Positions 56,196 through 64,000 of a DNA stretch of 64,000 nt are shown piece after piece. The position numbers were made by a program, and so were the translations under genes. Origin of the DNA: a virus (lineage: Duplodnaviria; Caudoviricetes). Within the stretch, counting starts at the first letter, position 1. Every line of letters starts with the position of its first letter. The notes beneath the pieces are model-generated. The model was given only the letters and a program-made list of their open reading frames with translations, was not told the origin of the DNA and did not search any database. The DNA lies in the IMG/VR virus record IMGVR_UViG_3300020577_007133, positions 1 to 64,000 of that record; one strand, 5' to 3'.

Positions 56196-56582
56196 TTAAT
56201 TATTTAAACCATTAAAACCTCCAATACTCACCGTATTATTTTGGGAAATTGCACGATTTTGAGAATTAACATATATTGCGTGAGGAACAGTTGTTGCAGT
56301 AACTGATTCAACTGAATCGCAACTTGTACAATTTATTGACGTAATACCTGCACTATTGGCCGGTGTTATACATTGTGTACAAGAAGTGTATGGTCCATAT
56401 GCTAATGTTAGTGTAGAATCATTTGTTGTTGTTACACCTGATGATGATATTGTGATACATCTACCATCATTAACTTGATAAATTCTGTTAATCGGGTTTG
56501 CAGTTATAATTAAATCATCCGTAATGAAAGTTATTGAGGTACTATCATTACAAGTTGTTGCTGTAAAATATCTATTTGCCAT
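56196..56582 (-). CDS. Cys/Thr-rich virion-associated protein
   Basis: Late motif; CxxC pairs. Confidence 0.6.
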   Translation of the reverse strand: MANRYFTATTCNDSTSITFITDDLIITANPINRIYQVNDGRCITISSSGVTTTNDSTLTLAYGPYTSCTQCITPANSAGITSINCTSCDSVESVTATTVPHAIYVNSQNRAISQNNTVSIGGFNGLNN

Positions 56583-56608
56583 AATGTTTTTTATTTATAA
56601 ATATCTAA

Positions 56609-58069
56609 TTATTCCAAATACTTTAAATTTACTATTTGGAATTTAATTTGTTTTTTATATGTATTTATTTCACCACTACTTATCACTTTTAAATCAATAT
56701 AATATTCATTAGGTATTTTGTCTCTAGTGTCAAATATAAAGTAATATTCGTTTGGTGTTCTATTTATTTTAGTCCAATCCTGAACTTCAACCTCGGTTTG
56801 ACCTTCACGTACATATACCCGATAATAAGCCTCTACGTTTGGTAATAATTTTTGAGTGGTATATGCTTGTTTAATAACAACTCCGACTTTTCTAATATCA
56901 GTATTATATATTTTTTCATCCTGTTTAATTCCGTAAAAATCAAAACCATACACTTTGGGTTCTTGTGTTGTGGTACCAATTTGAATCGATTTTTTCAATG
57001 GATGAATTGTAAATGAATTTGTAACATTTGGTAATGAAAAACCATTTAAAGTTAATCCCGACCAAATATCATAAAAAGAACAAGGGGTTTGATATCCAAT
57101 CAGAGGGGGAATTGTTACTTCATAGACACCTTTGGTTCTTTGGCACACATCTAAATAAGGGGTTGATAATCCTAATATTGGTGTTCCATTTGCATCGGAT
57201 ATAGAAACTGAAGGTAATGAGTCTAAGTTAATAGGGTTACCATCTTCATAAAGATATAGATACAACTTATTAACTTTACCTAATGAGAATGAATTTCTAT
57301 CATCTTCAATTAAGTCATCATAGTTAGTTTCTAAGAATGGTTCGTAGAATGTTTGAGTATGTCTAGTAAAGAATTGTACTTCGTAGTTCTCAGTTAATCC
57401 TGTTAGGTTTTCCACTTGTGGTAGATAAGCAATTCCCCACCCGGTAACATTAGTTAATTGACCGGTTAAAATACTGTTAATTTCATTCGTCATATCAAAT
57501 GAAATATTTTCATTACCAAATTGGAAATGTTGAGTATCCACGATTGTTAATGCACTATAAGGGAACATTCCGGTATTCTTATTGTTATAGATACCCGGTT
57601 CAGTCCAACCACCGATTGTTGTTGTTTGAATCCAATTGGAAGGTCTTGTAGAGAAGTTTTTATCTGAATTACTATAATCGTAAATTAAGTCGGCAAAATC
57701 ATAACCAACACCTTCATCCCATATTTGGTTATCCGGTATTCTAAATAGAATTAAGTCAAATGATGTTGCACGTAATCTACCTTGGGAAGTACTCGTATTT
57801 AATGTTTCAAGATTAAATGTTGAAGTATTAACCATTCTTAATGTGTGGGTCATACCATCAGTACAAGTTGTAGATATTGTTCCATCGGCAACCTTTTCTT
57901 GAAGAAGTGTAAGGTCTAAATCAAATATGAAACGACTATAACCATTTGGGTACTGTGATGTCGCCAACGAACCATAAAATAGTTCAGTCACCGGGTTTCT
58001 TCCGGTGTTGGTTAAACTATTTGATATGATTGTATTGTTTTTACTAAAATAGGAATTGTTAATTGACAT
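56609..58069 (-). CDS. putative tail/baseplate structural protein
   Basis: Beta-rich; late motif; structural context. Confidence 0.6.
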   Translation of the reverse strand: MSINNSYFSKNNTIISNSLTNTGRNPVTELFYGSLATSQYPNGYSRFIFDLDLTLLQEKVADGTISTTCTDGMTHTLRMVNTSTFNLETLNTSTSQGRLRATSFDLILFRIPDNQIWDEGVGYDFADLIYDYSNSDKNFSTRPSNWIQTTTIGGWTEPGIYNNKNTGMFPYSALTIVDTQHFQFGNENISFDMTNEINSILTGQLTNVTGWGIAYLPQVENLTGLTENYEVQFFTRHTQTFYEPFLETNYDDLIEDDRNSFSLGKVNKLYLYLYEDGNPINLDSLPSVSISDANGTPILGLSTPYLDVCQRTKGVYEVTIPPLIGYQTPCSFYDIWSGLTLNGFSLPNVTNSFTIHPLKKSIQIGTTTQEPKVYGFDFYGIKQDEKIYNTDIRKVGVVIKQAYTTQKLLPNVEAYYRVYVREGQTEVEVQDWTKINRTPNEYYFIFDTRDKIPNEYYIDLKVISSGEINTYKKQIKFQIVNLKYLE

Positions 58070-58149
58070 AAAATGTTTTAACAATAAATATCTTCTAACT
58101 TAAAAACTTTTTTTATATTTTTTTTTTAGATAAAATTAATAAAAAATCT

Positions 58150-59388
58150 AAACTTTTACTAAATTTGTGATATTTATATATAAGATGATTTATAAATCGT
58201 ATAAATATAGAATTTATCCTAACAAACAACAAGAAGAACTTATATTAAAACATATGGGTTGTTCTCGTTGGATTTATAATTATGGGTTGTCTCGAAAAAT
58301 ACATCATTACCAACAAGTCGGGAAAGGGTTATCCAAATTTGATTTAAAAAAAGACCTACCCGAACTTAAAAAAAATGAAGAAACATCTTGGTTAAAAGAG
58401 GTTAATTCTCAAACCCTACAAGCGTCATTAGAAAATTTAGATAAAGCCTTTACCAAGTTTTTTAAAGATAAAAAAGGATTTCCAAAATTTAAGTCAAAAA
58501 AAGATAACAGACAAAGTTTTAATATACCACAAAACACAATAATTGATTTTGAATCCGGAAAAATAAATTTACCAAAATTTAAAACGGATATTAAAGTTAA
58601 GATTGATAGAGTTTTTGATGGAACAATTAAAACCAGTACAATAAGTAAAACACCAACCGGAAAATATTTTATTTCTGTTTTGGTTGAGTCGCAACAAGAA
58701 TTACCAAAGAAAAAACCATTGAGTGAAAAACAAGCCATAGGAATTGATTTAGGTGTTAAAACTTTTGCAACATTATCAAACGGAATGGAAATAGAAAATC
58801 CAAAACATTTAAAAAAATCATTAAAAAAATTAAAGAAATTACAACGTAAAGTCTCTAAAAAACAAAAAGGAAGTAATAACAGACTAAAATCCGTTAAAAA
58901 ACTAGCAATACTTCACGAGAAAATAACCAATAAAAGAATGGATTTCTTACATAAAACATCACATTATTTGGTTACAAATTTTGATACTTTATGTTTGGAA
59001 ACATTAAAATCCGGTAATATGATGAAAAATCATACATTGGCTCAAGCTCTTAGTGATATATCTATTAGTAAATTTAATGAGATGATTGATTATAAATCCG
59101 AATGGTATGGATGTAATATTTTGAGGATAGGACAATTTGAACCTAGTTCTAAAATGTGTTCTTGTGGTGTTATAAATAAAGAATTAAAATTAAATCAAAG
59201 AGTTTGGACTTGTAATAGTTGTGGAACAACACATAATAGAGATATTCTAGCGGCAAACAATATTAAACACTTTGCTTTTACAAAAAATAATACTGCTGGA
59301 ACGGCAGAAATTTACGCTTGTGGAGATATGAAAGACAATAGTCGGTCAGCCCAAGAAACCCTACAATAATTAATTGTAAGGTGGTTCA
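58150..59388 (+). mobile_element. solo tnpB (IS1341-like) element; right end ..GGTGGTTCA
   Basis: No tnpA; hairpin TACAAT-AATTA-ATTGTA before TTCA end; left boundary uncertain. Confidence 0.65.
58185..59369 (+). CDS. tnpB: IS200/IS605-family TnpB RNA-guided nuclease
   Basis: YKYRIYP HTH, GIDLG (D), CLE (E), Zn finger, NRDILAANNI (D). Confidence 0.92.
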   Translation: MIYKSYKYRIYPNKQQEELILKHMGCSRWIYNYGLSRKIHHYQQVGKGLSKFDLKKDLPELKKNEETSWLKEVNSQTLQASLENLDKAFTKFFKDKKGFPKFKSKKDNRQSFNIPQNTIIDFESGKINLPKFKTDIKVKIDRVFDGTIKTSTISKTPTGKYFISVLVESQQELPKKKPLSEKQAIGIDLGVKTFATLSNGMEIENPKHLKKSLKKLKKLQRKVSKKQKGSNNRLKSVKKLAILHEKITNKRMDFLHKTSHYLVTNFDTLCLETLKSGNMMKNHTLAQALSDISISKFNEMIDYKSEWYGCNILRIGQFEPSSKMCSCGVINKELKLNQRVWTCNSCGTTHNRDILAANNIKHFAFTKNNTAGTAEIYACGDMKDNSRSAQETLQ

Positions 59389-60954
59389 ATTTATACGAAT
59401 ATTTTGATTTAGAACAGTATTATTTACATCGGCTAATAATTGGTTAATACTGGTTTTGGTTGTTTTGGAACCTTGGGTCGCTTCATCCGGTACCATATTA
59501 GAGTGAGGGTGAACGTGATTGTTCATAAAATCAACAATTTTTTCAATTAACTTGATTAATTCTTCACCCCTAACAGAAGAGTACGTTTTTTCAAATAAAG
59601 TATCTCCAACACCAACAAATCTATCTTGAGGAATACCATAAAGGGTATCAGATAAATTAATAATACCTTTTGGACTACCTGAGTTTTGAGATAATAAATA
59701 AACTTTTTGAGCCCCTAATACCCCATAACTAATATCTTCACTTTGTATTTTTGAAGGGGTTATACTTTCTTCTTTTAAATCAGACTGAGGTCCAAATAAT
59801 GGTTTTCCTCCTTTATTTCCGGAAACTAAAAACCAACCTTCCTCTTTTGAGTTATTAAGTTTTATATTGTTGTAGAAACGACGATAATTGATATATTCCA
59901 ACACATCAGGTAATGCGGTTGATGGTGAGAATTTTTTACCGGTTTCGTAGGTTTGTTTTGATGGGGTTACAATAAATGGAAATGCGTTTCTTAAATTCTG
60001 AATGTTATTAACGGTTATACCGGTAAATAAAATGTTTGGTGAATATATTAGTGATATGAAATCATTAATAATTTTCACACATTCAGTAAAAGGTTTACCC
60101 ATAAAAGAAACTGATTCCAATTCGGCACCATAATCCTCACCACTAGTTAAATCTAATATTGTATCAAACTTAAAATTTTGAGTATTAACTTTTGAACTTG
60201 GTTTTAGATTATATAGTTTAACAGAACCGGTAAATGAATCGGCACTCGAGTTTAGTGTAGTAATATCCCAAACAATCATTTTTTGAACCATTTGGATATT
60301 CTCAACTAATCTATATTTTGTTTCTTTTGGTAAATTTGTTTTTGTTTGAGTGAATCTTGTTAATTGTAAAAACGCTCTATTTTGATTTCCAACCGGGAAT
60401 TTATCTTTTGATAATTCTTTTGTTTTTCCGGCACGAATTAAAACTTCATTTTCTTTAACAATAACATCGGCAGTTCCACGACCCAATAAAGCATTATCTC
60501 CCGGTTCCGGAAATACCCCTTTACTTTTATCATTACGATATTCCCCGTCTTGGTTTTTCAAACTCATACCTTGTTTGATTCTATCACCGGTTGCCAAGAA
60601 TTTTTTAGCCCCTTGGTAATATTCAAATGGTGAAGTCATTGGGGATGAAAACGGACCTTGAAGATAAAATTGATTTTTATATGGGTATTTTTTATTCATA
60701 TAAATAATATGAACGTACTCATCTATTTTAGGTGTTTGACTAATATAGAAAGGTAATAAAGGTAAAAAGATTAACGGGTCTTTAGATGTCCATTTATCCG
60801 TCTCTTCATTCCAATCAGGAACTGACGCAATAATATCTTGATAGTTCTTCGTTTCAGGTATAATACGAAGTCTACCTAACATCATCGGGTCTTGGTTGTC
60901 ATAAACATACCCCGGAAATAATATTTGATATTTATTTTCGTTATCTATTGTCAT
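59386..60954 (-). CDS. baseplate hub/spike protein (gp5/VgrG-like)
   Basis: VYDNQDPMMLGRLR OB-fold start; RGEEL..HVHPH apex motif. Confidence 0.7.
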   Translation of the reverse strand: MTIDNENKYQILFPGYVYDNQDPMMLGRLRIIPETKNYQDIIASVPDWNEETDKWTSKDPLIFLPLLPFYISQTPKIDEYVHIIYMNKKYPYKNQFYLQGPFSSPMTSPFEYYQGAKKFLATGDRIKQGMSLKNQDGEYRNDKSKGVFPEPGDNALLGRGTADVIVKENEVLIRAGKTKELSKDKFPVGNQNRAFLQLTRFTQTKTNLPKETKYRLVENIQMVQKMIVWDITTLNSSADSFTGSVKLYNLKPSSKVNTQNFKFDTILDLTSGEDYGAELESVSFMGKPFTECVKIINDFISLIYSPNILFTGITVNNIQNLRNAFPFIVTPSKQTYETGKKFSPSTALPDVLEYINYRRFYNNIKLNNSKEEGWFLVSGNKGGKPLFGPQSDLKEESITPSKIQSEDISYGVLGAQKVYLLSQNSGSPKGIINLSDTLYGIPQDRFVGVGDTLFEKTYSSVRGEELIKLIEKIVDFMNNHVHPHSNMVPDEATQGSKTTKTSINQLLADVNNTVLNQNIRIN

Positions 60955-61165
60955 TTGGATTCATTCGTTTTTGATATTCTTTTAATATCATATTATATGT
61001 TGTCTCAATTCTATCAATTTGTTCGGTACCTTTTAATACCATATTTTTGGTAAATTCAAAATCTTCTTGAAGATGGTCCATAACCATCACCAAATCTTTA
61101 TTTGATGAATTTTTATAATCATTGATTATACTTAATATTTTTGCTGATTTCTCTTTTCTATCCAT
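60941..61165 (-). CDS. hypothetical protein
   Basis: Operonic ORF. Confidence 0.7.
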   Translation of the reverse strand: MDRKEKSAKILSIINDYKNSSNKDLVMVMDHLQEDFEFTKNMVLKGTEQIDRIETTYNMILKEYQKRMNPNDNR

Positions 61166-61167
61166 AA

Positions 61168-63072
61168 TTAGAATTTTTTACCGTAAGCATTTGCCGGAAC
61201 CGTTAACATAGCCGGTGTAATTGTTAATGGTCCGATGGCGATTTGTACTTTATTATTTTCAGCATCTTCAGTTGCCATTGCTTTCATTTGTCCGAATTTT
61301 CCTAAAATATCTAAATTAGGGGCTCCACTTGGCATTGCACCGGTTGGAATACCCAAACTTTGCATTTCCTCAATAACACCAATAAATGCTCTTGATTCTG
61401 AATAACCATCCAATAATTGGGATGCAAATAACAATGGTAAAGGAATACCTCCACCACCAAGTCCCGGAAGATTAATTAAATTAAGAATCGCGAATATCTC
61501 ATCAACCAAACTTTTACATTTCCTATAATCACTTATTATTGAAACGATAGCTAATAACAACGCGATTAATTTTAATATCATTGCGTATTTTTTAAACACT
61601 TTTTCTTTAACAATATCGTTAATAATTTGTTGTATCAATTTTAAAATATCTTCCTTGATTAATTTAAACAATTCCTCAACAAATATCGCCCCGACTTTAG
61701 AAACAAGATTAATGAAGAATTTTTTAAATATTTTAGCAAAGTCAGTAAATGTTGTAATACTATCCGCCAAAATATTACCTAAGGCTTTATACATCACAAT
61801 TATAGGTAATATCATTTTTGGAGTGATTAATGCACTAATCATCCCGTGGGTGATTAACTTAATAAAATTAGTATCAACCACAACTTGTGGGTTTACGTTA
61901 ATACCAGCACCAATCCAAGCAGGATTATTAGCTAATACATCAGTAATGTTATCGGCAGCATTTTCAAATTCGGTTCCTTCATAAAAATTTAATGTTCCTA
62001 ATGCCGATACTATTTCATCAAAATTAACCGGTAATAATATATTATCACAATCTTCAAATTGGATTACCCCATTTTTAATATTCTGTACTCGAGTTTCAAT
62101 ATTACGTAAATCAATTTCTGTGAACTCAAAAAAAGCATCATCAATAGCTCCATCTAATTCAGGTACCTTAGCTATTCCACTAGTATCAATTTCGTTTCCT
62201 CTATTATCAAAACACAATCCTAATATTCTTGCAAGGATTAATTCAAACTTACTAGCGTTTTCCACCTGTGAAATACCCGCATCAATTTTCATTGAGATTA
62301 CACCTGATAATGATTCCATAATCGATGCAATAATATCAGTATCCTCTGCCATTCTTATGGTATCATAATAATCAACCATAAATTCACCAACTTTTAAAGG
62401 ATTACTTCTATTTTTTAATGTTACCTCAAACCAAGGACCAGTCGTACCTAAAACAGGGTGTAATTCATAATATTTAATATCAAATAAATCTTGACCTGAT
62501 TTACCAACGTGAGAATAGGTTGTCGTAGGATTCATCGTTAATTGATGTAACTCACGATTCATTGAGAATGGAACTTGACCTATTTGAATTGATTTTTTTT
62601 CGTAAATAATAACTCCAACCTCGTCTTGGGGGTCAATAAGTAATCTATTAAATAAATCAATAGAACTTACTTTAACATAAACAGGACCCGGGTTATATGT
62701 TTGTTGTTGGTCACAACCTAACGCAGTTAAACAATCTTTGATAACGATTGTTCGTAATCTTGGTTGAACATTTTTAATGGTTCTTAGTAATAATCTTTTA
62801 ATATATTTTGGAGAACCACTACCATTTCCACCTGTAGTATTGGATAAATCCAAAAGTTGCTCAAATTGATTTTTAACTTGTCTTTGATAACGCTTGGTTT
62901 GTTCTTTAACACTTGTTAATGATTCTGAAACATTTGATTTAGTTTTCTCAAATGATTCACCGGCTTTTTTAGTTGCGTCATTATATTGAGATTTAACATC
63001 ACCAAATGATTTTGTTGCGTTAACTCTTTTTTGAATTTTATTATAATCAAAGTTAATATCTAATGACGGCAT
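61168..63072 (-). CDS. putative baseplate/tail structural protein
   Basis: 634-aa ORF upstream of spike gene. Confidence 0.6.
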   Translation of the reverse strand: MPSLDINFDYNKIQKRVNATKSFGDVKSQYNDATKKAGESFEKTKSNVSESLTSVKEQTKRYQRQVKNQFEQLLDLSNTTGGNGSGSPKYIKRLLLRTIKNVQPRLRTIVIKDCLTALGCDQQQTYNPGPVYVKVSSIDLFNRLLIDPQDEVGVIIYEKKSIQIGQVPFSMNRELHQLTMNPTTTYSHVGKSGQDLFDIKYYELHPVLGTTGPWFEVTLKNRSNPLKVGEFMVDYYDTIRMAEDTDIIASIMESLSGVISMKIDAGISQVENASKFELILARILGLCFDNRGNEIDTSGIAKVPELDGAIDDAFFEFTEIDLRNIETRVQNIKNGVIQFEDCDNILLPVNFDEIVSALGTLNFYEGTEFENAADNITDVLANNPAWIGAGINVNPQVVVDTNFIKLITHGMISALITPKMILPIIVMYKALGNILADSITTFTDFAKIFKKFFINLVSKVGAIFVEELFKLIKEDILKLIQQIINDIVKEKVFKKYAMILKLIALLLAIVSIISDYRKCKSLVDEIFAILNLINLPGLGGGGIPLPLLFASQLLDGYSESRAFIGVIEEMQSLGIPTGAMPSGAPNLDILGKFGQMKAMATEDAENNKVQIAIGPLTITPAMLTVPANAYGKKF

Positions 63073-63078
63073 ACGGTA

Positions 63079-63459
63079 TTATTTTTTCAATTTATATGAA
63101 TCCATATCTTTGGAAATATCTTTTTCCATTAAAGTTCGTAATAATTCATCATCACCTAAATCTGTAATTGAAAAACTACCACCCCCATCATTACTGTTAA
63201 CCGTTTTTTCCCATATTGAGGATTGTAATTTTGAAAGAGTTAATTTTTTCTCAACGCAATCATTGATTATTTTTTGTTGTTTTTCGATAACCGGACCTAT
63301 GACTGTCATATCTTCCGGGTCTTTCATCATAGTAAGCATTTTATTTTGGATTCTAATAGCGGTACTTCTTTGTTCCACAAGTTCATTGTAGATTTCTTGC
63401 ATCAACGCTAACATTGATTCCTTACTAAGATTGATTTCTTTTTTTGTCGGTCTTGCCAT
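63079..63459 (-). CDS. hypothetical coiled-coil protein
   Basis: Late motif upstream. Confidence 0.7.
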   Translation of the reverse strand: MARPTKKEINLSKESMLALMQEIYNELVEQRSTAIRIQNKMLTMMKDPEDMTVIGPVIEKQQKIINDCVEKKLTLSKLQSSIWEKTVNSNDGGGSFSITDLGDDELLRTLMEKDISKDMDSYKLKK

Positions 63460-63484
63460 ATTAATAAATATTAAAAATCATATT

Positions 63485-64000
63485 TTATTTAACCATACTC
63501 TGAACTAAGTCAAAATACATATTCTTATATTTTTTCATAGAACCTCGAATTTCTTTTGTTGAAAGATTAGTCATTTCTCGTAATGAGAGTAAAATGATAT
63601 TTTTATTGAATTTATTATTATCGTTACCAACAAAAATATTTTCATAATTGTCGAATAAATCATACAACGCTTGACCAAGTTTTATTTCGTTTTCATTCAA
63701 GTTTTCTGATTTAATAAATATTTCTAGTTTAATTAAAAAATGATGTATAACTTTTTCAGAATCTAAATTATCATTTTCAATATAATAGGAATACTCTTCA
63801 TTATTCTCCAAATTAGTTGAAATATCTTCGTAAGATATTTTTCTATTGATGTCTTTTTGGTCTTTAATAATTTGACCCATCAAATAGTTTTTACATATGG
63901 TACCAAAATAAGAGTAAGCCTTCTTTTCTTTAGAAGGCTTAAACTTATCAATTTTTGTCATTAAAAATGAGTGAGTGTCTATATGGATTTCCTCGAAGTC
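63485..64000 (-). CDS. phage late sigma factor (gp55-like), 5'-partial
   Basis: Frame open to window edge: DFEEIHIDTHSFLMTKIDKF..KAYSYFGTICKNYL. Confidence 0.65.
   Translation of the reverse strand, partial: DFEEIHIDTHSFLMTKIDKFKPSKEKKAYSYFGTICKNYLMGQIIKDQKDINRKISYEDISTNLENNEEYSYYIENDNLDSEKVIHHFLIKLEIFIKSENLNENEIKLGQALYDLFDNYENIFVGNDNNKFNKNIILLSLREMTNLSTKEIRGSMKKYKNMYFDLVQSMVK

Noticed and set aside
35975-63391. Antisense and alternate-frame ORFs within clpC, portal, scaffold, capsid, tnpB and baseplate genes
   Set aside because: Shadows of well-supported genes.
1-64000. Stop-codon reassignment
   Set aside because: Core genes are uninterrupted in code 11 and no CUA or UCA suppressor tRNA is in the window.

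Overview
A 64-kb AT-rich segment of a large T4-like (Caudoviricetes) phage. The host is probably Bacteroidota, because many TTTG-N19-21-TAnnTTTG promoters are present. The gene order TerL-portal-bS21-prohead protease-scaffold-major capsid matches the freshwater bS21-carrying phages. Layout: (1) 1-17.6 kb is an RNA island with 22 recognisable tRNAs, free-standing HNH/GIY-YIG endonucleases, tRNA-shaped RNAs whose anticodon arm has been replaced, many stem-closed ncRNA cassettes, an HDV-like (theta) ribozyme at a tRNA 3' end and a candidate leader-peptide attenuator. (2) 17.8-28.3 kb holds accessory genes, including an RNA-repair cluster with two RNA ligases and a probable holin/endolysin pair. 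(3) 28.3-30.5 kb is a second ncRNA island with a circularly permuted YrlA-like tRNA mimic and a ~900-nt GOLLD-like RNA. (4) 31.5-37.8 kb encodes SmpB, tmRNA, a peptidase and ClpC. (5) 38-64 kb holds head, baseplate and late genes, a solo TnpB under a phage late promoter, and a partial late sigma factor. All RNA structures were read by eye and protein calls rest on motifs; no searches were run.
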